Of a DNA stretch of 64,000 nucleotides, positions 47,743 through 57,550 are shown piece by piece. Position 1 is the stretch's first letter, and every line of letters begins with the position of its first letter. The notes beneath the pieces were generated by a model. The model was not told the origin of the DNA. It searched no databases and worked only from the letters and a program-made list of their open reading frames with translations. The position numbers and the translations under genes were made by a program. Source of the stretch: an uncultured Acidobacteriota bacterium (lineage in GTDB: Bacteria; Acidobacteriota; UBA6911); contig CAVRAD010000013.1 of assembly GCA_963718845.1 (NCBI GenBank), forward strand, positions 9,893 through 73,892. Reading direction: 5' to 3'.

Positions 47743-48132
47743 GATATCGTTCTCCGTCAGAGGCTTCACCCTCGATAAAAATGGGGAGATGAGCGCCGGA
47801 AATCAGTATGCTTAACCAGCTAGCTATAAGGATAGGCCTAGCTTATTACAGTTCAAAGAAAAATAGCCGGATCGGCCAGGCAACGGGTGCCGTGCCGATT
47901 AAAATGACTGAATCAGCAGCTTGAGAAGCAGCGATTTCCAACTCCTGGATAACACCAATTATCCGAAAAGTGGAATTTCCCCCCCCCCTCCCCCGACTTC
48001 CCCGAAACCCTATTCGGGGAGTAATCTTGTACATAAGGGACGCGATCTCTGCCCAAGGGGAATACTTCCTATAACTCCTGCTAAACAGGGTTTTCCCCTT
48101 GCCGATTCCTCTTTTCATGTTTTAATTCAGGC

Positions 48133-49013
48133 ATGCTCTCAACCATTCCTCTCGATTACCACATGCACTCCAATTTTTCTTCCGATTCGGACGCAAGCGT
48201 ACGCGCTATGTGCGAGAGCGCTATTCAAAAGGGCATTCCCGAGATTGGCCTGGCAGAGCATTACGACCTGCATCCGAAGGATCTCAATCCGGTCTTCTAC
48301 CGGCCCGAAGCCTGGTGGGAGGAGATCGATCGTGTCCGCAAAAGTCTTGATGGCCAACTAATCCTGCGGGCTGGCGTAGAATCGGCGAGCGCATCGCTTC
48401 CCGGGTGAAGTCGGGAACCTGCTTAATCGTTATCCGTACGATTTCGTCATCGGCTCTTGCATTATGTCGGCAATGATTTCATGTTTGACAATAAGCTCCT
48501 GGAGCGCAGGGGCGCCGATGAAATAATGCCAATCTTATTTCCTTGAATTGGGAGAAATGACCAGAGCCCCTCAATTTGATATCCTCGGCCACATGGACGT
48601 TCCGGTGCGGAATGGGAGACCAATCTGGGGATCTACGGACCGAGACGCTATGAAGCGCTCGTGCGGACCGTGCTCCAGAACTGTATCGATCGTGGGGTAT
48701 CGCCCTTGACGTCAACTCTGCAGGGCTGCGCAAGCCGGCCAATAACCTCATGCCCGATTTGCTGATCCTGTACTGGTACCGGGAAATGGGCGGCCAACGT
48801 CTGACCCCCCCCCTCGGCTCCGATGCACATGAGCCCCCAGCCGATGTCGGCCTCCATCTGGGATCAGGCTTTGAAATACATCCGGGAGATCAGGACTGGA
48901 AGAAATTCATCACACGCTACGAACGGCGTCAGGCGTCGCTCGTGCCATTGGATCAGCAGCAAACATCGCCTTGGACCGGATTGTCCAAGGTGATTTCCCT
49001 TCCGCTTCACTGA
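48133..49013 (+). pseudogene. PHP-family (HisJ-type) histidinol-phosphatase-like gene, multiply frameshifted
   Basis: The N-terminus PLDYHMHSNFSSDS is intact to 48408. RYPYDFVIGS, FDILGHMDV and GSDAHEPPADVG then appear in different frames. Confidence 0.75.
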
Positions 49014-49093
49014 TTTATTGTTCCCCGTTCCGGCCCGGAAATATCTAAGGACATAAGGCTTCCTATATCCCCCCCCTCGAGGATCATTCACCG

Positions 49094-50224
49094 CTACGCA
49101 TTGATGGCTGATAGCGCACTATGAAGAGCTTCAATACGCTTTTCGACGTGATTTCGGGCTTGCTGCAGTTGTGTGGCAAATTGGCCCGGCAAGAACCACG
49201 TGTCAAGAACGAGGTACATCATCCTCTCGGCCATGGGAATGTCCGTTGAAAGTATGTCCAGAGAATTCATGCGGGGGGGACATACACTCCCGTCCGCTTT
49301 TCTCATCGGCCATGCATCATAGAGGGCATTGGTGAACTCGACAAGCTGTTCCAAAGCCAACGCATCCAGAAGTTCTCTTGCGTCAAGCCTCTGCAATAGG
49401 TGGTCATAGCCTCTTAGATAGTAGACAAGCACGGATGTTGCGTGTCTGCTGTACTCATACCATGACATTCCGTCGACTGCTTTGTCGAAGATCTTTATGG
49501 CGGATGCGCTTAAGAACTTGAATTCCTTGCTCGCTTCACAGCCGGCGCTTCTGCAGCCATCGGTATGATTGAAGAATCCCACTTGGTCACGTCCGTCGTA
49601 ACCGTGAGATGTTTCCGCCAAGGGGTGGGCCATGCAACCGACCGTCCTTTCCCCATCAACAAATCCCAACAACTGACACTCCGGCAGTTCGCCTTTCTGA
49701 AGATGCTTCGTCGGAACCGATCCGCCAAGAAATAAGGAAACGAGCCCTGTACTCGCTTCAGGCTTATACTTGTACCCTTCATTTCTTTGTGCCGCTTTCA
49801 TATACAAAGGCAAGGATTGTCTCGGTTGCTCCCGGTCATATATGCGGAGAAATAGCTCTCTTCTTTCTGAGAATCGCCTTTCCATCTCTTCTCTTCCGAC
49901 ATCCGAAAAAGAGTCCTCGTATTTTGATGCTTCAATTTGGGGATCCTTCAGAGGGTTGAAATTCTTGAACTTCATCAGGATGTTGCGTGGACCGAGATAT
50001 CTGCCTGAATATTTGAGATGATAGGCACGGGCACTTCTTTTGAACAGAGCGATTCTCTGCTCCTCTGTACCCTCCAGGTGTGAATCTCCTCCTATGTGGG
50101 GAAGACAGCATCGGACGCAAGAAACGTTCTTATATTGGCACAGGCTCACATTGGTGGCTTCTCCCGAGCGCCTTATCTCTTGCTCTGCAAAAATTCTCTT
50201 TGCTTGCTCCGCTGAGTAGACCAT
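49094..50224 (-). CDS. Cysteine-cluster protein (YkgJ/UPF0153-like CxxCxxCC N-terminus), function unknown
   Basis: CQYKNVSCVRCC, then CQLLGF..GCMAHPL and GCRSAGCE. 376 aa in an A/T-richer stretch. Confidence 0.5.
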   Translation of the reverse strand: MVYSAEQAKRIFAEQEIRRSGEATNVSLCQYKNVSCVRCCLPHIGGDSHLEGTEEQRIALFKRSARAYHLKYSGRYLGPRNILMKFKNFNPLKDPQIEASKYEDSFSDVGREEMERRFSERRELFLRIYDREQPRQSLPLYMKAAQRNEGYKYKPEASTGLVSLFLGGSVPTKHLQKGELPECQLLGFVDGERTVGCMAHPLAETSHGYDGRDQVGFFNHTDGCRSAGCEASKEFKFLSASAIKIFDKAVDGMSWYEYSRHATSVLVYYLRGYDHLLQRLDARELLDALALEQLVEFTNALYDAWPMRKADGSVCPPRMNSLDILSTDIPMAERMMYLVLDTWFLPGQFATQLQQARNHVEKRIEALHSALSAINA

Positions 50225-50296
50225 GATTATATAAAGATATTAGTCCAAATTCAGTCCTCTCGGAAGCCGGGCTCTTGACATATCTGGTACTATTCG

Positions 50297-52420
50297 TTGC
50301 TAACTTTGGATTTCAAGAAAGAGGTTACGGCTTTGATCAGGGACCTGCGACGCGTAAGAAACATAGGAATCAGCGCACATATCGATTCCGGCAAAACCAC
50401 GCTGACTGAGCGCATCCTTTTCTACACCCAGCGAATTCGTATCATGCACGATGTCAAGGGCAAGGATGGCGTCGGCGCCACAATGGATTCGATGGAGCTG
50501 GAGCGCGAGCGCGGCATAACCATCGCCTCGGCCGCCACATATTGCGAGTGGGCCGGCCATTTTATCAACATCATCGACACGCCAGGCCACGTGGATTTCA
50601 CGATCGAGGTGGAACGCTCACTTCGAGTGCTGGACGGGGCAGTGCTGGTGCTCTGCGGAGTTGCAGGCGTCCAGTCCCAATCGCTTACGGTAGACCGGCA
50701 AATGCGCCGCTACAATGTGCCGCGACTGGCCTTCATCAACAAGCTCGATCGATCGGGGGCCAACCCTTTTCGAGTGGTCGAGCAGCTGCGGGACAAGCTG
50801 AAACTCAACGCCGTCATGATGCAGATGCCGATTGGACTCGAAGCCCAGTTCGAAGGGGTCGTGGATCTGGTCACGATGAAAGCCCATTACTTTGACGGCG
50901 CCAACGGCGAGATTCGCAGAACCGAGCCGATACCGGATTCCCTCCTCAGCCAGGCTGAGGAAAAGCGCCAGGAAATGCTGGATGCTCTCTCGATGTTCTC
51001 CGATGAACTTCTGGAGGCAGTCCTGGAGGAAACGGCCACTCCGGAAATGATCCACGCGGCGGCGCGGAAAGGAACCATCGCGCTGAAGCTGACTCCCGTA
51101 TTCATGGGTTCGGCCTATAAGAACACGGCCATTCAGCCGCTTCTGGACGCAATAACTTTTTACTTGCCCGATCCTACGGACGTCAGTCAACGAAGCCCTG
51201 GACGTCTTGCAGGATGAGGCAAAGGTTATTCTGACGGCGGATCCTGCGGATCCCTTCGTCGCGCTCGCGTTCAAGCTCGAGGAAACAAGATTCGGTCAAC
51301 TGACCTACATTCGGATCTACCAGGGCACGATCAAGAGGGGCGATACGATCGTCAACCGGCGCACCGGGAAGGATGTGCGCGTCGGCAGACTCGTGCGGAT
51401 GCACTCGAATGAAATGGAAGATATCACGGAGTCTCATGGCGGCGATATCGTCGCTCTTTTCGGAATCGACTGTGCGTCGGGTGACACCTTTACTTCCGAA
51501 AAGGTGAATTTCGCCATGACCTCGATGCATGTACCGGATCCGGTCATCCACCTGACCATCAAGCCCAAGGACCGGAAGATGGCCGGCAATATGGCAAAGG
51601 CTTTGAACCGGTTCACCAAGGAGGATCCGACCTTCAAGACTCGTGTCGACGAGGAATCGGGGGAGACGATCATTTCCGGGATGGGCGAACTGCACCTCGA
51701 TGTTTATGTTGAGCGGATGAAACGGGAATACGGCGCAGAGGTCGAAACCGGAGCTCCGCAGGTGGCGTATCGCGAGGCAATCAGCCAGCGGGCCGAATTC
51801 GACTACACTGCACAAGAAGCAGACAGGTGGGTCCGGGCAGTACGGGCGCATCGGCGGGTATTTTGAGCAGCCTGGAAGCGGGAGACTTCGAGTTCGTGGA
51901 TGAAATCGTCGGGGGAGCAATTCCCAAAGAGTTCATCTCTTCCGTGGAAAAAGGGTTCCGCTCCATGCTGAAAAAAGGACGATTGATCGGCTTTCCGGTG
52001 ACAGGCCTTCGCGTCGTAATCAACGATGGCGCGTCACATTCCGTCGATTCTTCCGACAACGCATTCCAGGCGGCTGCGCGGGGAGCTTTCCGGGAGGTCT
52101 ACCATCGGGCCAAACCCCATATCCTCGAACCGCTCATGAAGGTATCTATCGAAGGTCCCATCGAATTCCAGGGCTCATTCGTCCGCACGATCATGCAGCG
52201 ACGCGGCATGATCGTCGGGACGACCGAATCCGAAGGATTCGTCCAAGTGGACGCTGACGTGCCGCTCTCGGAGATGTTCGGATATGCCACGGATCTCAGG
52301 TCTTCGAGCCAAGGCAAGGCGGAGTTTACCATGGAGTTTAGTCGATACGTTCCAGTGCCAGCTGAAGTCGCGAAGGAGTTGATCAAGAAATTCGGGACCG
52401 GCCTGGACAAGGATGAATAG
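50297..52420 (+). pseudogene. Elongation factor G paralogue (EF-G2-like), three frameshifts
   Basis: G domain motifs [22 protein letters not shown] and NKLD. The frame changes near 51182-51189 ([15 protein letters not shown]), 51810 ([16 protein letters not shown]) and 51871 (YFEQ/LEAGDFEFVDEIVGG). The start codon is uncertain (TTG). Confidence 0.85.
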
Positions 52421-52447
52421 CAAGAGAGGGTTGGTGGAGGAGATACC

Positions 52448-53149
52448 ATGCATCGAAAAGATCTGAATGAACGCAGCCCTCTGAGGCTCCTGGAGCAGTC
52501 TATTCACGGCGGCCTCGGCCGCGGTAACATCGGAGTTGTGGCAGCCCGGCACGGTTTGGGCAAGAGCGCCGTTCTGGTCGGCATCGCATTGGATGATCTG
52601 ATGCGAGGCCGTAAAGTGTTGCACGTGGCCTTGGACGAGCGGTTTGATAAGATCCGGGATTATTACGATGAAATATTCATGGATCTGGCCAGAACGGCGA
52701 ATCTGCAAGACGTCGACACCGAACGACGCGAAGTCGAGCAATACCGGAATATTCACACATACATCGGCAACAGCTTTTCTATCGCCAAGCTGCGTGAGGC
52801 CATCACGTTCCTCAACACATACATGGATTTCTACCCCGCAGCTCTGATCCTCGAAGGCTACAGATTCGAACAGGCGACGAAGGAGAATCTGGACGAACTG
52901 CGCCAAATTGCCCGCGAGATCGACGGAGAACTCTGGATGTCCGCCGTCACGCATCGCGAATCCAAGAAAAATGAGCGGGGAATCCCTGAGCCTGTGGCTC
53001 ATCTGGAAGACTCAATCGACGTGATCCTCGCGCTGGAGCAAGGAGAGAAATCCGTCACTTTGCGGCTGCTCAAAGACCACAACAACCCTGATGTCAGTCC
53101 CAGCCACGTGGCATTGGATCCAACCACACTATTGCTCATCCAGGAATAG
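52448..53149 (+). CDS. RecA-superfamily (KaiC/DnaB-C-like) P-loop protein
   Basis: ATG follows GGAGGAG. Walker A-like AARHGLGKS and Walker B-like AALILEGY. 233 aa. The family is not firmly recognised. Confidence 0.45.
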   Translation: MHRKDLNERSPLRLLEQSIHGGLGRGNIGVVAARHGLGKSAVLVGIALDDLMRGRKVLHVALDERFDKIRDYYDEIFMDLARTANLQDVDTERREVEQYRNIHTYIGNSFSIAKLREAITFLNTYMDFYPAALILEGYRFEQATKENLDELRQIAREIDGELWMSAVTHRESKKNERGIPEPVAHLEDSIDVILALEQGEKSVTLRLLKDHNNPDVSPSHVALDPTTLLLIQE

Positions 53150-53181
53150 GCGACCCGGCGAGGGAGATAAGAAGCCGATTT

Positions 53182-53742
53182 TTACATCGGCCTCTTATTA
53201 TGTTCCAGCAGCCCAATTAGTTTCTCCAGCCGGCGCTGGCGCGTAGCTTCCTGTTTGGCCTCCAGATAAAAGCCGGTGAACTGCTTTTTCAAGGACGGGG
53301 GCATCTTTTGAAAGTTGCTGGCCGCTTGCGAATTGGCGGCTATCATCTGAGCGAATCGTTGAATATCTTCCGGTTTGATGATCACTCTCTGCTGTTTGTT
53401 CCACGACCCATCCCGTTTGGCCCTTCCGATAGCTTGTTGGCCCGGAGAGGTCATTCGTCCGCATAGGATTAACCTCTGCGCCGTCTTTTTGTTTTTTTCA
53501 GACCAGTTGCTTTTGGTTCGGCGGGGTGAAAAGAACTTAACATATTGTGTCTCATCCACGCTTTTGATCAGACCATCGATCCAGCCAAAGCACAGAGCCT
53601 CCTCCAGCGCTTGATCAGGGGTTAGGGTTTTGACCGCATCGTTCTTGCCGAAGATCAACCAGAGGCCTTCCCGCCGCGCATGGTTTTGCCGGAGCCAATT
53701 ACGGAAAGCGGAGCGGTCTTTAAATGTCAGCTGGTCGGGCAC
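53182..53742 (-). CDS. YdeI/OmpD-associated family protein
   Basis: Motifs FRNWLRQNH, EGLWLIF, EALCFGWIDG and FSPRRTKSNWS. Confidence 0.75.
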   Translation of the reverse strand: MPDQLTFKDRSAFRNWLRQNHARREGLWLIFGKNDAVKTLTPDQALEEALCFGWIDGLIKSVDETQYVKFFSPRRTKSNWSEKNKKTAQRLILCGRMTSPGQQAIGRAKRDGSWNKQQRVIIKPEDIQRFAQMIAANSQAASNFQKMPPSLKKQFTGFYLEAKQEATRQRRLEKLIGLLEHNKRPM

Positions 53743-53753
53743 GGTTTTATCCG

Positions 53754-54131
53754 TTAAAAGGCGATTTTCTCGTAGTATTCCGCAACCACGGGACCATCCA
53801 GAAAAGCAGCGATATCGAGACCGAGTTCCTTTAAGTGTTGGCCGTGGGCCTGTATCGCGGCTTGATCTACGTATTCCTCGAAGAAAAGAAACAGGCGCGG
53901 ATTATCTTTGGACCGGCACATCGTATAGGCGCGATTCCCCGGCTCCTGCCGCACTTTAGGCACAATTCCTTTCATGAGCGTTTCAAACTCTTTTTCCTTG
54001 CCCGCTTTGATCGTCAGCTTGGCCGTCAGCGTAATCGTATTTCCTTCTGCTTTGCCAATATCCATAAAATTCCCCGCAGCTAAAATGAAACCACATACTG
54101 CAATGATCGCCAGAATTCTTCGGCCTTTCAT
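53754..54131 (-). CDS. Antibiotic-biosynthesis-monooxygenase (ABM) fold protein with signal peptide
   Basis: ATG 54131 follows GGAGGAG. Signal MKGRRILAIIAVCGFILAAG. ABM-like FLFFEEYVDQAAIQAHGQ. Confidence 0.65.
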   Translation of the reverse strand: MKGRRILAIIAVCGFILAAGNFMDIGKAEGNTITLTAKLTIKAGKEKEFETLMKGIVPKVRQEPGNRAYTMCRSKDNPRLFLFFEEYVDQAAIQAHGQHLKELGLDIAAFLDGPVVAEYYEKIAF

Positions 54132-54149
54132 AGGACTCCTCCCCAGCAA

Positions 54150-54210
54150 GGAATTTGGTGTCAGGCACCATTTTCACTAAAAGTGAAAATGGTGCCTGAC
54201 ACCAAATTCC
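54150..54210. repeat. Perfect 29-bp-stem hairpin (3-nt loop) in SDR-ABM intercistronic gap
   Basis: ggaatttggtgtcaggcaccattttcact aaa agtgaaaatggtgcctgacaccaaattcc. Confidence 0.9.
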
Positions 54211-54220
54211 AGATCCTTTT

Positions 54221-55066
54221 CTAGTGCATCAGGGTTCCGCCGGTTACATTGATAGAAACCCCCGTTATGTATTGCGACTGTTCGCTGACCAGATAATAGG
54301 TCACATCGGCGATATCTTCGACCTTTCCCATCCGTTTGAGCGGGACCATGTTGGTGAGCATTTTATATTCATCTTCCCGGAATTGCTCCACCGTGATGCC
54401 CTTCTCTTTGCTGTGGAGGGTGGCATCGTCATCGCGCAGGTTTGTCGCGAAGAAACCGGGATTGATCGCGTTGACATTGATCTTGTAGGGCGCCAGCTCC
54501 ATTGCCAGAGCTTGCACGATGCCGATCACAGCCCATTTGGAAGCGGCATAGGCAGCACTCCCGGGACAAGGCAGTTTCCCTGCTGCGGAAGCGATGTGCA
54601 CAATTTTTCCGCCTTCATTTTTGCGAATCATCTCTTTGGCGACCGCCTTGGAAACGATCATGGTCCCCAGCGAGTTGACGTCAAACATCAGGCGCCAATC
54701 TTTTTCGTCGCCGTCCGCGATGCTGACGCCCACGGGGCCCCGTGTTCCAGCGCAGTTGACCAAGATGTCGATCCTGCCAAACTTGTCGATGGTCGCCTTC
54801 ACTGCGGCATTTACTTCCTTTGAATCCTCAACACCTGCTACAGCCCAGATCGCCTTCCGGCCCAGACCTTCGATTTCCTTGACAACATCCTCCAGGCCTT
54901 TCCAGTTCTCATCCCCGGCCCAAGCGCTTTTGGGAGCAGCGAATTTATCGGTCACCATCACATCGGCGCCTTCTTGCGCCAGTCGCAATGCGACCGCTCG
55001 TCCCATGCCCCGCTTTGCTGCCGCTCCTGTGACAAAAGCCACTTTTCCGCTTAAAGCATTGCCCAT
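54221..55066 (-). CDS. SDR family oxidoreductase
   Basis: ATG 55066 follows AAGGAGG. Motifs VAFVTGAAAKRGMG, NCAG and YAASKWAV. Confidence 0.85.
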   Translation of the reverse strand: MGNALSGKVAFVTGAAAKRGMGRAVALRLAQEGADVMVTDKFAAPKSAWAGDENWKGLEDVVKEIEGLGRKAIWAVAGVEDSKEVNAAVKATIDKFGRIDILVNCAGTRGPVGVSIADGDEKDWRLMFDVNSLGTMIVSKAVAKEMIRKNEGGKIVHIASAAGKLPCPGSAAYAASKWAVIGIVQALAMELAPYKINVNAINPGFFATNLRDDDATLHSKEKGITVEQFREDEYKMLTNMVPLKRMGKVEDIADVTYYLVSEQSQYITGVSINVTGGTLMH

Positions 55067-55091
55067 ATCACTGCCTCCTTATTTTATTGAT

Positions 55092-55194
55092 GAATTTCGG
55101 TGACAGTCACCATAACTCCCAAATTCCTGCGAATTGACCGACCCCCGATACATCAGGATGAATTTGGGAGTTATGGTGACTGTCACCGAAATTC
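55092..55194. repeat. Perfect 35-nt inverted repeat with 33-nt spacer in PrpD-SDR gap
   Basis: gaatttcggtgacagtcaccataactcccaaattc (55092-55126) pairs with its exact reverse complement at 55160-55194. Confidence 0.9.
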
Positions 55195-55195
55195 G

Positions 55196-56566
55196 TTATG
55201 TCAGTAGACGGATGATTTCTCGAGCATCATTCAATTGCTCGAGTCCTCCGACTAGTTGCACGATATTTTCAATCCGCCCCGTATCCAGGCTTTTTGCACA
55301 ATCTCTGAATTTCCTCACACAATCATCGAAAGACATAGGCCGATCGAGACTGCCGAGAGGGTTCTCTACTACCTTCGCAAAAGTCCGGCCATCCTTTGTT
55401 AGTACCGTCACCCGCGTTGGCTCCGGGCCAGGCCTGTGAAGCGTGTTGTCCACTTCCACCCGCATCTTCTGAGTGACTTCCAGGACTTCGCGGTTCTTGA
55501 TGGCGTTTTCCGTAAAATCGTCCAATCCCACACGCCGCCCCACGATTGACGACGCAACGCCCCACGGAATGCTGAACTGGGCATCCACGGGACTTCGCGG
55601 GGATCGCTTCGCATCCAACGGTTGGCAAAGCAAAGAAAAGTGCGCATCGGTGACGGAAAGCACGATTTCCCTTATATCTCCGCTGCGGATATTCTCCTCG
55701 AGGGCCAAAGCTAATCCGGCGTCAATGGCTGGATGAATGCCGCGACAGCACGGATACGGCTTGATTGCGACATTAACGCCTTCGAATCGTTTTCCTATAT
55801 CCGCCGTAAGAATTTCCCGACTGTAATCCCCATGCATGTATTGCTGGTAGAGCCCCCATTCGCCTTCGAAGGAATTCTTTGCGCCGGTAACGCCGGCCTT
55901 CGCCAGCAATGCGGCCGTGATGCCTCCCTTGATGGCAAATCCCGGCCCCAGCCTCTTTGCCAGCGCACCGTCCTTGACACATTGACCGTTGCCTGCGCAC
56001 TGGTGATAGCCGATCCCGATAGCATTGACCATCGTCTCTTCATCCAAACCCATGACTCTGGCAGCTGTCGCAGCCGAACCCATAAAGCCGAACAGCGATG
56101 TCAGATGCCATCCCAGCTCGATCGGGCTCTTGCCGGGAGTTGTAGCCAGTGCCAACCGGCACATCATGTCGACGCCCAGCGCAGTGCTTGTGATCAGCTC
56201 CTTGCCGCTGAGACGCCCATGCGCTTCACCCACAGCGATGACGACGGGTATGGATGCGATACCCGGATGCATGACGGCCGCTTCGTGGACATCGTCAAAA
56301 TCCAGAGAATGCGCCATCGTGGCGTTGGCCTGCGCGGCATTGGGCGCCGGCACTTTCTGTTTGCTGCCGATGATGCTGCTTTCTTCCTTGCCGCCCCACT
56401 CCTTCACAAGCGCGCACACGTGCGTAGCGCCGGGCTGATTGGCGCCCCCCAGCGCGACACCTAGCAGGTCCAGAATCTCTTTCTTGGTTGCGTCCACAAC
56501 ATCGGCGGACAGGTCTTCGTACTTTGTATTTACAAAGTTTTTGGCAAACAAATAAGCAGCATCCAT
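55196..56566 (-). CDS. MmgE/PrpD family protein
   Basis: 456 aa. PrpD-like features are N-terminal FAKNFVNTKYEDL, then HSLDFDD and KPYPCCRGIHPAIDA. Confidence 0.85.
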   Translation of the reverse strand: MDAAYLFAKNFVNTKYEDLSADVVDATKKEILDLLGVALGGANQPGATHVCALVKEWGGKEESSIIGSKQKVPAPNAAQANATMAHSLDFDDVHEAAVMHPGIASIPVVIAVGEAHGRLSGKELITSTALGVDMMCRLALATTPGKSPIELGWHLTSLFGFMGSAATAARVMGLDEETMVNAIGIGYHQCAGNGQCVKDGALAKRLGPGFAIKGGITAALLAKAGVTGAKNSFEGEWGLYQQYMHGDYSREILTADIGKRFEGVNVAIKPYPCCRGIHPAIDAGLALALEENIRSGDIREIVLSVTDAHFSLLCQPLDAKRSPRSPVDAQFSIPWGVASSIVGRRVGLDDFTENAIKNREVLEVTQKMRVEVDNTLHRPGPEPTRVTVLTKDGRTFAKVVENPLGSLDRPMSFDDCVRKFRDCAKSLDTGRIENIVQLVGGLEQLNDAREIIRLLT

Positions 56567-56597
56567 ACTGTAATCTCCGATGATTCCAAATTCCTGA

Positions 56598-56650
56598 TTC
56601 CAGATTCCAGATTCCAGAATAATTCCGAGTCAGGAATCTGGAATCTGGAA
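56598..56650. repeat. Inverted repeat built from gattcca units (18-bp stem) in crotonase-PrpD gap
   Basis: ttccagattccagattcc (56598-56615) pairs with ggaatctggaatctggaa (56633-56650). Confidence 0.8.
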
Positions 56651-56653
56651 TTA

Positions 56654-57532
56654 TTATTTATCGAAATCGTCCAGCATTTTGAAAACGTCGTGCTTTTCGT
56701 GGGCAGCTTCCTTGACGCCTTTGTCTCTTCGCATCTTGAAGAAGTTGACTTCGCCCTCGTCCAGGACTCTGTTGGTCTGGACGGTGTGCATGATGTAGTG
56801 ATCGACCAGTCCACGATCGATGCCCATGGTCGTGTAAATCATCTCCCGCATCGCCTTGCCGACCGCTATGCCGTCTTTGGGGTGCATACACAGGCCGTGT
56901 GCCAGGTTTCGGACTTCTTCGTCGAGTTTTTCGGCCGGCACCGCTTTATTGATCAGGTTGTATTCTGCAGCTTTGATGCCGTTGAATCGTCTGCCGGTGA
57001 GGCAAAGCTCCATCGCGCGTGTGAATCCGCAGCGAAGTATCATGATGGGCGTGAGCGTCATACCGCCCTGGCCGAGGCGCTCTTCAACGTGTCCCATCTG
57101 GCAGTCCTCGCTGGCGATGATCATGTCGCAGTGCGATATGATATTGAATGCGATGCCGAGACAATAGGTGTGGAGTTGAGCGATCGTCAGCTTCTTGCAG
57201 TAGAGAATTCTTCTGTGGAAATCCAGAAAGACGCGCCGGTCGAATTCGAATTTTACTCTCAGGGGGATGCGCTGTTTTCCTTTTTCGCCGGGCTTCGGGT
57301 CTTTCATACCGTAGACGTAACCCACTCCCGTCAGGTCGGCGCCTGCGCTGAAAGCGCGTCCCGCGCCTTTGAAGACGATTACCTTCACATCGTCATCGTT
57401 CTCAGCTTCGTCTAAAGCCGCCGTCCAATCGCGATAAATCTCCGGGCCGATGGCATTGAGCCGGTCCGGCCGGTTTAGAGTGATGAATGCGATCTGTTTT
57501 TCTTTTTCGTATTTTATGAACTCTAGTTCCAT
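56654..57532 (-). CDS. Enoyl-CoA hydratase/isomerase (crotonase) family
   Basis: Motifs IAFITLNRPDRLNA and FKGAGRAFSAGADL. Confidence 0.85.
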   Translation of the reverse strand: MELEFIKYEKEKQIAFITLNRPDRLNAIGPEIYRDWTAALDEAENDDDVKVIVFKGAGRAFSAGADLTGVGYVYGMKDPKPGEKGKQRIPLRVKFEFDRRVFLDFHRRILYCKKLTIAQLHTYCLGIAFNIISHCDMIIASEDCQMGHVEERLGQGGMTLTPIMILRCGFTRAMELCLTGRRFNGIKAAEYNLINKAVPAEKLDEEVRNLAHGLCMHPKDGIAVGKAMREMIYTTMGIDRGLVDHYIMHTVQTNRVLDEGEVNFFKMRRDKGVKEAAHEKHDVFKMLDDFDK

Positions 57533-57550
57533 AATGAGACCTCCATTTAG

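Noticed and set aside
50297-52420. Programmed ribosomal frameshifting, considered as an explanation for the split EF-G gene.
   Set aside because: There are three separate shifts at non-slippery sequences. The same kind of lesion occurs in many unrelated genes in the window, so indels are the simpler explanation.
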